Of a stretch of 64,000 bases of DNA, positions 20,406 through 31,641 are shown in pieces. Each line of letters opens with the position of its first letter. Within the stretch, counting starts at the first letter, position 1. The translations under genes and the position numbers were made by a program. Under the pieces are notes generated by a model. That model was not told the DNA's origin, did not search any database, and saw nothing but the letters and a program-made list of their open reading frames with translations. The stretch spans positions 62,001 to 126,000 of the forward strand of contig NW_026515670.1 in assembly GCF_025526975.1 (NCBI RefSeq). The letters are read 5' to 3'. This stretch comes from Fimicolochytrium jonesii. Taxonomy: Eukaryota.

Positions 20406-23400
20406 AAGGGGTTCCGGTCACCAAATCTCGTGGTCGGAGCGGCAACCGCCGGGCGACGCGGACTGCTGGGATGTCCCATGCAACAACGCTGGCTGATATT
20501 ATACACCTGTGAAAGTTGTTTCATGTAAGTTTACAAGTGAATGGTTCTACTTTCGTGTGGAAGAGACGAGTAGATCGTGCATACCTGCAGATGGTGCATA
20601 AGTATTCTCATAAGCATTCCAGGCCCCAAAGCGGCCTTCCATTGGCGACGGTCCCGGTATGCCTTTAAGGCATTGAAAAGATCATCCCTCATCCCAATGG
20701 TTGCCACCACGTCATTGAGTGTTCGAGGGCCACCACTCGATCAAGAGCGTCACCCACCATCTCATCGGTGAAATCGTCGGTATCGTTTTCCATGGTAAAG
20801 AGGCAGTCGACGAACTCCTTAATATCCTACAAATGTCCCCATCGGCGACCGTTCCTCCCTGCGAACAGCTCCCATGTACTTGTACTCACCTCGCCTACAA
20901 TCTCCTCCTTCCAAACAAATGTGGCTGAAACGTTTCGTGTGGTTGTGATGTACATAATCCACACATTTATAGTGCTCATGTAGTTCTGGATGGTTAGGGC
21001 GCGACGTCCGCTCCTGCGAGGGATGAGAGAAAACCAATGGTAAGTCATTGATTTGGGCACGGAGGGAATCCAAATGTGAAGTACCTATGCAGGGGCTTTA
21101 GCTCGTTATGCTTCAGGAATGGATTTGGGCGCTTCGTTGGCCTTGCTGCAATCCCGGTGCTCAAGACTCGTTCGCTAATATGCTGCCCATTGCTGTCACT
21201 CCGGGCCCCATCCTGCCGTGGGTTCTGGTGGTTCTCGACGCTCAGCGGAAGTACCATGTCGGCTGTGGTGGCAGACGATTCGGTTTGGTAGTGGAGTCGT
21301 GGGAAAATATGGTCGTGGGAACATCGGTCCGTTTGGAAAAGCTGAAGGCACAGGGTTACTCGATCGAATGCGGTTGGTGCGGGGCGATGGTAGGCGGGGT
21401 AGTGGTAGGTGGGCGATATCTCCGTAGCTCCCAGTCCTCATCTCGACGCTTCTCGTCGTCCTTCTTGTGATCGATGAATGCTTTGGTATCAACGTGCGGC
21501 CGTCGAAGTGACTTCTTTCTCCTCTTTGTTCGCCAGCCTGTACGTGATGACCCCGCCGGTGGTAGCTCGGAATACACGTAAAGATCTCAACAATTCACCC
21601 TGGTACTCACGTTCAGCGCCTAGCGCTGAACGTCGGTGCGCCAGGACACGGACCCGCTGGGACACCGGTGAGCGCTTCCGCCGACGTTGGCGGCCCATGC
21701 ACCGACTGATTTTGAGAAATGAGAAATGGGAAAGATTTGAAGAGGATCTGAACGATTTATTGAACTTATCAACACACCCCCTGCGGGTGGCGTAACGGAT
21801 GCACCTGCAAAAAACCTAGCACGATCATCCAGAACGCGCGTGGCTGTTGGGGTCGGGGCGGCGTACTGCTGTTGTTGCGTTTGTAGGTTTGAGGGAGCGG
21901 TGTCGGTGGTGGGGAGTTGATAGGTGGCGGGTGTGGAGGTCGGGTTGGAAGAAGGAATGGTGGCTTCGTCGGTGGCGGTGGTGTCCACGTCGGCGAGATC
22001 TTGGTCGAGGAAGGAAATGCGGCCGAGCCGAGCCGCTGCCGCTCGGTGGTGTCGAGGTTACCCGTGAGATGCTTGTAGCGCGCCCAAATATGTTCAATTT
22101 CGCAACGATTGCCAGGTGGAATCAAACCGAGATTGGTGGGGTCAACGTTGGCGAGGTCTTGCTCGAGGAGCCCGCGGAGAAGCCCGCGGGAATGTTTCCA
22201 CCAAAGAACAGCGGCCTCTTTGGGGCGTGTGATGGCGTGGGCTGCAGTACTGCGAGCGGGCGTAGCGAAGCGCCTTCTATGCTATGCCTTTAAGACATTG
22301 AATAGATCGTCCCTCATCCCGATGGTTGCCACGACGTCCACGTCCCGCAAAAACTGTAGGCAAAAAGCCTACAGCCCACCAGTATTCAGCCATGCGGCTG
22401 AATTCGATCAATCAATGTCAGATATGTATGAGCTATCCAGGCCTCGTTCCTAGGCAAGATATGGACCTTACCCTAGCTCGGTCAGCTCAGCTACCCAAGC
22501 CGGACCCTCCACTTGGAGGCCCGGTAAACTGGCTGATATCGTTTGCCAGTCCACCTAGATGATCTTGTACACCGAACCCGGCAAACCAGAACCTATGTCC
22601 AAAGGCTGGGTTTGCTTCATGCGTACTTGATAGGACTTCAACGTATCGCTCAATGATCGCACCGTCGAAGTCTTGAGAACTGCTGTTGAGCGCCGCATCA
22701 TGCTGTCGGCGTCCATGGTGCTGCTGGGCGCTCATTGTGTGGTGGTTGCTGGGTGGGTTACTCGCGTCTGCGAAGTCCGACCATTGCTGCAGTATTTCTC
22801 TGGTCGTCAACAGTACAGCCGCAGTCGTGTAGTGCTTCTTTGATAGACTTCAGGTAGATCCGCGGGTGCTCTGCCTGAAGAGTCCCGGCCAATCTTTCGA
22901 GACGAGCTCCGTTTTCGCGGCGTTTTCTTTCAATCTCTTGGTCCTCCGCAGTCAATTGTCGCCGACCTTTCTGCCTGGACGACACGCTGAATGGATTGAC
23001 CGCAAGGGCTCCTTCAGTGCGACGGGCGACGGCGCGAGACTGGGCCAACGGAGCCTGTTCCCTGGGAATCAACGGTCGACATGTCCTCGCAGACTCGAAC
23101 GCATGTGTCATTGGTGGCGGGGCCACCACTATGTTGATCGAGGGTGTCGGTGTCGGCACGCTGTGGTCTCCACGGGCAGTGGTTCCTCATCAGCCAGTAA
23201 CCAGGTTCGGGTCCTCGGCTTGGATCCGGGCGATTATTGCAGCAGGCGCGGCCATTTGTAGTTGAGAGGGGGTGTCGGGGAAAGGAGTTGTCGGCGAGTG
23301 CGCTGCCAAAAAATAAAACCTCACAGCCCGACCGCCACGGTCACCCAGCTAGGGCGCCGTACCGTCCCCTCCTTTGATCTCGCTGTCCTCCCCTCCTTAT

Positions 23401-24214
23401 ATCTCCCTCCTCCCCACGTTATTCCGCCTCTCCAATCCCGGCGTGTGTGGGCGTCGGGGTCGGGGGCGTTGTGGGTGGGATTCGTTGTTGGCATGGACAA
23501 ACACTTCTCTCCAAACTTCATGAGTGATTCCATCATTGGGTGGTCAACTCGATCCTGAACTCTTCGTACCCATTCTCTGCGAAGACGCGACCCAAACCAA
23601 GGGGCCCCCACATGGCGATGATGTTGCGAACACGGCGGCCATTTAGCGCCCGCCCTCATCCAGGTTGCCCGCTGTCGTCGGTCGAAGTCATCCAAAAACC
23701 GACCTCGACGGCCATTGTCGTAATCCACAATGCCCCGCCGCCCGAAGGTCTCATACAGAGTTTCTTTCGAGATATGTCTGCACCCCGTGATTGTGAACAT
23801 GGCGGGCTCGTCGCTGGATTGCCTGTGCACGGGGTGCCGAGGTTGGTGCCGAGGATTGGGAGTGAAGGTAGTGGCTGTTCAATAGTGAAAGGTGTGGTTG
23901 GCAGGTCTACTGAATCAATGGTAATCGAGTCATCTGGCCGACGGGGGCGGGAGGAAGTAGACCGAGATGTGGCGGTGGGTAAGGAGGTAGAGTGAATGGC
24001 GTGGTTTGATTGAAGTATGGTTCAAAATGCTCCCGTCGGCGGCGATGAGAACTGTGCTGTTTTTTCCAGCTGCAAGTCCGTCCATCTTGTCCGTGTCAGT
24101 GACGCAATTGGGGTTGACCATGAGCGTTTCCGTGAGGAACCTCCAGGTACTCATCGTCCGATAGATGACATGGATCTGCACGAGCGGCAAGTGTGGGCTT
24201 GGTGGGCCCAGGTT

Positions 24215-25468
24215 TCAGAGTTGACACTCTTTATGTGACGACTGACAGCTGCGTTTCATCTGCGTGCCAGACTCGAAGGTTCCGACCGTCTGCGAGTAAA
24301 TGTCGCGTGGGGAATAGCAGGACAGGGCTGACATCTCAGAGACGGGAGAGAAGAAGAGCCGTTGTGTGGGTCGAGTGTGTAGATCGGCGAGCTGAGAGTA
24401 TCTGTGTAGAGTGGAGGTTTCAGAGATGGCTCGCGAGGCGATTGCGATGTGGCCCCACTTACTTACGGTTTGCGCACGTTGACGCCTTTTCTGTGCCTTC
24501 ATCGTTTCCCTTCCAGGCAGCCATGCACAGGACCCTTGTTCTTGTCGTTCACGCCTGATGCCAAGGCTATGTATGTAGTGCGGTTTCAGATGGAGGTTCC
24601 CAGAAGGACAGGCTGCTCCCCAGGCTCCCCCACAACAAACGCGTGGATTTGCATCTTTCACTTCCTGAGGAACGTTGCATGCACATTTGCCCATTGGGTG
24701 GTGCTTGTGATGCTCGAGGAATGCGGCAAAAGATGGCAACATACAGTTCTCGTTTGGCCAAGCGTCGGCATGGGCAACGGCAAAAGTGCCTCCGAGCTCA
24801 TACTCCTCGTCCAGCCAGGTATCAAGCAGCCACAGTGCAACCGCATAAACAATAGGCCACTGAAAGTTTGTTTTTGCGGATCTGGACTGGTTCATGAAAA
24901 AATTTCGCCCAGGAGGCACTATTGGTGTTGCAGCAGGGATTGGGGCGGCAATGTTTAGACTTGCAGGAGTTGCGGGGGTTGATCCACCTCGTGTCTGCTT
25001 TACAGGCGTAGTTGCGGGCGTAGTTGTGGGCGTTGGTCCCGTCGCAGGAGTAGGAGCAGGAGCAGGAACAGGAGCAGGAACAGGAGCAGGAGCAGGAGGC
25101 GCTGGAGTGGGAGCTGCTGGGGCGGGAGTACCCAGAATCCTCGCCCGCTCCACTTCCCAAAGCCGCTGCAGGTCGCTCGCTTTCTCATGCTCATTTGAAC
25201 GTTTTCTGAGGACAGATCCCCTCTCTCCGGGCGCTGCCAGGGTTTGACTTGGGCGGCACAAGATCTGTTCCGTTTTCTTCACGGAGCCCAATCCTAGCCT
25301 CCAGAAAGTGAAACGTTCGCAGGTTTCCCTTGATAACCGGGAGAAGGCAAGTGTGTGTTCGGAGCATGGGTCGTCCCCGGAGTTTGTGCAGCGCCAGGCG
25401 GGGTTGGGGCATCGCTCAACCAGCGGAGTACCACCGTCCCATTGGCCTGCATAACAACCGCCCAACAT
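24215..25468 (-). CDS. Hypothetical protein with Pro/Ala/Thr linker and Cys/His-rich domain
   Basis: 417-codon frame with a PAPAPVPAP linker and HHKHHPMGKCAC...CCGG...CP...HLKPHYIH; exact ends uncertain. Confidence 0.45.
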   Translation of the reverse strand: MLGGCYAGQWDGGTPLVERCPNPAWRCTNSGDDPCSEHTLAFSRLSRETCERFTFWRLGLGSVKKTEQILCRPSQTLAAPGERGSVLRKRSNEHEKASDLQRLWEVERARILGTPAPAAPTPAPPAPAPVPAPVPAPAPTPATGPTPTTTPATTPVKQTRGGSTPATPASLNIAAPIPAATPIVPPGRNFFMNQSRSAKTNFQWPIVYAVALWLLDTWLDEEYELGGTFAVAHADAWPNENCMLPSFAAFLEHHKHHPMGKCACNVPQEVKDANPRVCCGGAWGAACPSGNLHLKPHYIHSLGIRRERQEQGSCAWLPGRETMKAQKRRQRAQTVSKWGHIAIASRAISETSTLHRYSQLADLHTRPTQRLFFSPVSEMSALSCYSPRDIYSQTVGTFESGTQMKRSCQSSHKECQL

Positions 25469-26434
25469 TCAAGAATATCGTGGTGCTGATAAATGGGATC
25501 TTGCAAAGCCCACTCCAGCGCATGCGTCAGAGGGCGGAAGCATTGGGATCTCAATTCAATTGTCATCCTCTGCAGTGTCACTCTGCACGGATTCCGCACA
25601 GCGTCCTCCCTGCAGTCAATCTATAGACAAGGACACCCCATCCCAGGATGACAGCGGCGATTGGCGAATGCGCGGATGATAGCGTTCGGCGATTGCGTTG
25701 GGCATCAGCGTTTAGCAGGCACGGCTGAGCGTAGATCCAGTTTGCTTCTAGGCAAGAGACTCCCACGCCCGCCGGTGTTTTACGGCGGGGCGTGAGCATG
25801 ATACCCTTCGGGCACTTGGCGTGGGGCTGGCGCTTTGCCGCGGATCCAACGGCAACCTTCTGCGGAGCCTTCCCATGCAAGGGAGCCGGCTCTTCTGCAT
25901 TCTAACAGAGACGGGAACCGTTGGGACCTGAAGGCCGTTCAACCGGTCAAGAAAGGACTAGCCGTGGAGCCGGCAAGTGAGCCCCACATCGCGAGTTGCG
26001 AGTCGTGTCAAGCGACGATTTGCGTTGCAAGTTGCGAGAAGGGTCGAGAGTAACGGCGACGGCGCGACGGTGGTTGACTAGTAGGGAGAGACCGGAAGTG
26101 AGAACAATCTATCTGTACAGCGACGCGGGCCAATAAACGAAGTACGGACGGACTTGGAGGCGGCCAAAGCAGTCAGCCTCAATCAAGCAAGTGAGCATTG
26201 TTGCAAGCCAGTGGTGAGCTACGAGCGGTGAATTCTACACGCACCAAGTGGTGAGTACCGAGTCGTCAGTTACGAGTGGTCAGTGCGAGAACGGTTTCTA
26301 ATAACAAGAATCCTACATGTACGCGACCGAGCTCGCCCAATACAGCGAGGTCACCGACCGGAGACAAAGTGGTCCATGAAATCAGAGAGGAAACCCCATG
26401 GGAAGAAGGTGAACACTTTGACTCAAATGGGGTT

Positions 26435-26459
26435 AGGACACCGCGTCAACCACTCCGCC
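26435..26459 (-). pseudogene. tRNA-Ser-derived 5' fragment (D arm / A box)
   Basis: ggcggagtggttgacgcggtgtcct is 23/25 identical to tRNA positions 27080-27104; no intact T loop downstream. Confidence 0.6.
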
Positions 26460-26708
26460 GCCGTCGGGAAAACAAGACGCGCCATGACGGCAGCACTTTC
26501 GCTATGATAATGAAAGAGACACATCTCCTCTGTCTGGACACATTCCGCGACCCCCTCCCCCCCCCCCGCCTTCAAATTGGGAGCAACAAAAAACTTCAAG
26601 AACCCGCTTTTTCCTGCAAGAAAAATGCGCTGTATGCCATGTATGAAAGTAAGCCCTGCGTTCACATGGGATAAGGGATGATTGTTTTACGCTTCCTGGC
26701 AAGAAAGC

Positions 26709-26727
26709 TGCCTCAACCACTCCGCCA
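26709..26727 (-). pseudogene. Second tRNA-like D-arm fragment
   Basis: tggcggagtggttgaggca is 16/19 identical to the tRNA-Ser D arm. Confidence 0.4.
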
Positions 26728-27071
26728 AGGGGAGAGGGGAAAGGGAAGGACACCGCTCCGCCGGAAGGGCACGGGGCCGGAGAACAGTTCAGCATAGTAA
26801 TGCATTGCGTTTCCTAAGTACGCGTTCACCTGTCCATCTCCGGCTTCTCTGACAGGCTGTCACTGTGACAGATACTAGTTGGAGGGCTACTGGTGATGCG
26901 CTCTTTTTGTCAACTGCAGCCAGCCCTCGCTAACGACAGCCATGCCTGATATTTGATCATGATTATCAATGATCAGAGGCGAAATGGTCCAAGAAATCAG
27001 AGATGAACCCTATGTGAAGAATCAGACAATAAAATGTATACAATATAAGCCAGACTTCTTCCCCCAAGAAA

Positions 27072-27153
27072 GACAACATGGCGGAGTGGTTAACGCGGTG
27101 CCCTGCTAAGGCATTTCCCTCTGGGAGCGCAGGTTCAAATCCTGCTGTTGTCG
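27072..27153 (+). tRNA. tRNA-Ser, anticodon GCT, intronless
   Basis: Acceptor GACAACA/TGTTGTC, D arm GCGGAGTGGTTAACGC, anticodon arm GTGCC-CTGCTAA-GGCAT, long variable arm, T arm GCAGG-TTCAAAT-CCTGC, discriminator G, and a TTTTT terminator about 5 nt downstream. Confidence 0.97.
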
Positions 27154-28380
27154 ATTCATTTTTGCACTTTTCGTTTCTCGACGCGTCATCCCATATTGCC
27201 GAGTCGGAGTTTTGCCTGCTCCTATTCCTGATTCGATTTACCATTGGACATCGAAATCAGTATGCGAAATCAGGTGCGGTCTCCTTGCACCTAACAGAAC
27301 TATCTATTGGGAGGATTCCGAAAGTCTATTGGACGTGTTGCGGAGAAGGTGAAGTGCGCGGGATGCCAACGTCGAGGAAAGAAAAAAGACCGGATGGTGC
27401 CAGAGGGCAAAATGAACGGCAACTGTTCGCTGAATCGTCACTACTTGCGGACGTGTTCTGTATTGGGCAATCTATCGGCCTTTGATGGGGTCTGTTTCCT
27501 CGAACATTTTGCATCATATGGTACGATCCCTGCTCACTGGAGATGAAAACAAACGCAGGGAAACAGTGTCGCTCTCAAAAACAGGAACACGCGGAGAGAC
27601 GGAGTTTCGCGACATTATCCTGCTGTTGTCGTTGTGGGATTTCTTCGTATTTTGTAAATTGGTCTCTCTATAAAACCCATAAATCAGGCGATCCAACATG
27701 GGAGCAGGGGGAATCCGCAAAAGGTGGCAACCTCAGACGTAACTGTTGTCTCAATCATGAGAAAATAGATACGGTGCTGACGGCCAAATGTTTCATGCCA
27801 TTGCACTCTGTTCATCAAGACAACATGGTTAAGCGCTATTCTTCTGCAGGAAAAACCGTGTTGGGCCAGTTTTCAGGAAGAGAAGTGGAATTTAGGCTAT
27901 GCTCAACGGGTCTCCACTTAAAGATATGGTGGCGGCATCGATGTAGTCTTCGTGCAAAAATAGTAACTGCGCCTAAATGTGGCTAGCAAGCGTTTTCAAG
28001 TCAAAGTCCATTCATTGAGAAAGGCAGATAAGCGAAAGAAAGTGTGCGCGAGTAGCGATTGAAGACAAGTGGCAAGAAATCAAAATGTTTCGGGAGGTTC
28101 GTCACAGACGCAACCCAGTAGGAATATCACCATTGTGAAAAGTGCAGGGTACAGCAAAAAGTGAGGAAAATGTATGAAAAAACGGGAGAAGAACTCTAAA
28201 ACGAGAAACGACGAAGAAAAGACAGGGCTGCCCGTCCGAGCACAACAACGCCAGGGAACATTGAATACACCGTTGGTGTTTCACCTCAGATCAGTCAAGT
28301 CATTCAGTGGCCCACACAGAGCGCAGGCGGATGCGCCCGCGTAAATGTATCGGATGCTACATGGGCTATGGGGCGCCCCC

Positions 28381-31300
28381 CTAAATCTCCTTGGTATTCT
28401 CCTTCAACCACCTCCACCCCTCACTCCCCTCCTCCAACAACGGGCTAACCTTCTCCCAACACTTTTTATGGTACTTGTTGAGCCAGTCGCGTTCGGCTGG
28501 GACGAGCAGGTCGGTGGCGATGAGGGCGGCTTGCATGGGCACGAGGGTGACGTGCTCGAAGCCGAGGTAGCCGCGGTCGCCGAAGTTATGGGGCGTCGAG
28601 GCGGCGCGGATTAGGAGGATGTTCTGGGGGGAGGCAGAGGGGTTGGGGTTGGGGGGGTGAGTGGGTGTAAGGTTGAAAGCAAATGCCCCTATGGGTTGGG
28701 AATACCAGATGGGAACGACGTAAACGCGGTCCGCAAAACTCACCTCAATCCGGATACCGAAGTTGCCGTCCTCGTAGTACCCAGGCTCTGCAACGAAGGA
28801 ATTAGCGAAAGAATTTCGGATCAAACGCATATTGTCATCACCAGAGCCTGGTGACAAGCTGTGGCGTCCTTTCCGCCCAACTCACCGTTCGTAATCGTCA
28901 TGCCAGCCTCCAAGGGCACGTCGTTGTATCCAATGCGTGTTCCGATTCCGTGCGGGCCTATTAACGAGATCGAAGACGAGTCGTCAGTCCCACCAAGTGT
29001 TCGCGTGCTACGCTAAGGTCATGCTATTTCGATGGTGCCCTATTTGCCAGCTATGTAGTGTTCAGTAGCAGTAATTTCCGTGATTGCCCTCCCCACAGAC
29101 TTGTTACCGCGCTGCTGATCGCGTCCCATCCGATCGTATTAGCCACCGTACTGACGTCCTGACTCAGCTTCGGGCTCGAAACCGGGTGGTCGCCCATGCT
29201 CTCCATGAGGGCGATCTCCTATGTCTCCGATTCATTCGGGTCGGACCATAACCACCTTGGTGACCTCCTCGCAGAGCGGTCGGACCGCCCTAGCGTTTCC
29301 AAAGGCTTTGCAATTGGCCTGCCTGGCGAGCTTCCTGGTCACTAGCACGCAACACTCTCCCTCGCCGTCTGACCCTTATCCTTCACAACTCCCTCCTAGC
29401 CCCCACAATAGAGCAAAGCCAGCTCTACCTCCTCAACGATACCCTTCCCCAACGCGCATACCTTCATGCACGTTCAAGAACGCGCCGACACCGTGTCCAG
29501 TGCCGTGCCTGAAATCCAGACCGGCCATCCACAGTGGCTGGCGAGCAATGACATCGAGGATGTATCCGGTAGTTCCACTAAGATGTCGCAATGAGAAAGG
29601 GTATGGCACAGAGCAGTAACGATTTCGAAGAATCTCCCCCCACTCACCGAGGGAAAACAGCCATGTCCAGCTGGATGTGTCCCTTGAGCACACGGGTAAA
29701 TGTATCCTTCTCATGCTCCGTAGGCTTCTTGTTAAGCGAGAGCGTACGCGTCACATCGGTGGTTCCATCCTTATACTGTGCTCCGGAATCACAGAGGTAA
29801 AGCTGATCCGTCTTGATGATAGCACAGGTCTCTGGTTCCGGCTTGTAATGGATGATAGCGCCATTGGGGCCAGTGGAGGAGATGGTGTCAAAGCTCAGTC
29901 CGACAAAGTCCTTCTTCGTCTTTCGGAACCCTTCAAGCTTGTCAGCAGCCTCGACTTCCGAGATCTTGCCTCCATTCTGCACAACCTCCCGTTCAAGCCA
30001 GGCAAAGTACTCGCATAGCGCCACGGCGTCACGGATGTGGGATTGGCGGAATCCTTCAAGCTCGACTTCGTTTTTGATCGCTTTGGCGGTCATGACGGGA
30101 GAGCGGAACTCGATGGTGCGTTTTTCGCCTCCGAGCGCGTTTTGAAGAGCCCAGCTGCAGCGGCTGTCGAGGCCGAGCTTTTGGTCGCCTTTTTCGCTGC
30201 CGAGCTTTTGCAGGTCGGTGAAGATTGCGTCGTAGGCGCATAGGGTGACGTCTGATCCGAGGTGGTCCTTCACCTGTTTTCACATCATGAGTCTCCAGCT
30301 ATGCGATGAAATTGGACGGAGACAATGGACCCCACCTCCTTCGACAGCTTTGCGTCATCGACGTAGAGAATCGCCTCATCCTTGGTGATGAGAGCGTAAG
30401 CAAAAAAGACAGGGTTGTAAGCAATGTCGGAACCGCGGAGGTTAAAGAGCCCTATGGTATGCGTCCTTTGTCAGCGGTCGATTTACAGAGTGACGCACAA
30501 CCAGAAGCAGAACTCACATGCAATCTCGTCCAAAGCCGTGACGGCGAATCCCCAAGCCTTCTTCTTAGCGATCTGCTCCCGGATGCCGGCGATCTTGTCA
30601 GAGCTGCTCTTGCCTGAGGAAATGAGCATTATGTTTGATACATGTTAGCGTTTCCATCTTGCCCTCGCCCAGCGGTTACACTATCCTGCCCAATCTTACC
30701 GGCGTACTCGACGGAGTGAACGGTGACGGGGTTGACGGGACGCGCGGGTTGTTCCGCACCCCACACTTTGTCAATCAGGTTCTCCGTAATGGCCTCCAGA
30801 GAGTGTCCCTCCTTTGTCAGAGCTTCACGAAGCTGCTTCGCCGCCGCTATGGGAATGAGACGGAAATTCAGTCCATACGTTTGAGGAGATTATAAAGCTC
30901 CATATCGCCTTACCGATGGTGATAAGCTTGGGGTCCAGCCCAACCTTAGAGCTCTTTGGCAGAACCTACATTCACGCCCGTGAGTCAAACATTCGTGATC
31001 ACACCATCCCACCTCCTTGAACATCCTCCTTCGCCAGATGCTCACCTGCATGAGCCATTCCTCCTTGCTGGGTACGTCAGGGAGTCCCGTCTTCATGAGC
31101 GTCCAGCTGGCAGAATCCAGCTGCTGGGACGCTTGGAGAAAGTAACGACCGTCCGTCCACAGAGCAGCCTCCTTCAACGTCACAACCGCCAATCCTATTG
31201 AGGTGGGGATGCGTTAGCTCATATATACAGAGACGCGCAGGGTAACCCTCATGACACCCACCAGCGGAACCAGTGAACCCAGAGATGTATGCGCGACGGC

Positions 31301-31641
31301 CATCGACGTCGGCGATGTATTCGCTCTACGGTTGAGACGTGCGTGAGCGATGTGTAAGTAGATCACCTCTTCTCACGCAGACAGAAACCCACCTGGTGAG
31401 CGTCCTCCGAAGGAATGATGTATGCCTGAACGCCATGCTGGCGCATGACCTCACGGAGCCTAGCGACCCTAGCGGCGTTGGTGGAGAGCGTGTTTGCCAT
31501 GCTGAATGGACTACTCTTGGCTGTTGTGGCGGTGGTGCTCTTGTTGCGGGCTACTTGGAAGCGAGCGGGAGGGGATGCGGCGGACGTGGAAGAGCTTTGT
31601 GGGACGAGAGCTCTGAGGATGCGGGAGAAAGCGGTTTTCAT
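28381..31641 (-). CDS. Xaa-Pro aminopeptidase (aminopeptidase P, M24B; XPNPEP1/Fra1-like), multi-exon
   Basis: [14 protein letters not shown]...[59 protein letters not shown] and [16 protein letters not shown], joined over about ten GT-AG introns. Confidence 0.95.
28996..29356 (-). ncRNA. Candidate ~360-nt structured intronic RNA with RNase P/MRP-like features
   Basis: Lies in the 504-nt intron 28958-29461. The ends pair (AGUGUUGCGUGCUA / UAGCACGCgAACACU). Many internal helices have non-Watson-Crick pairs that are G-U on the minus strand. Candidate pseudoknot GAGGUCA/UGACCUU and a GAGAG pentaloop. Confidence 0.6.

Noticed and set aside
29150..29185. Hammerhead-ribozyme-like CTGA...stem...CGAAAC on the plus strand
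   Set aside because: The core reads CUGACUC rather than CUGANGA, and the wobble pairs favour the other strand.
28996..29356. Telomerase RNA, TPP riboswitch, group I intron or MITE as the identity of the intronic element
   Set aside because: No CCCUAA-type template, no TPP or group I core motifs, and no target-site duplication seen. A MITE remains formally testable by copy number.
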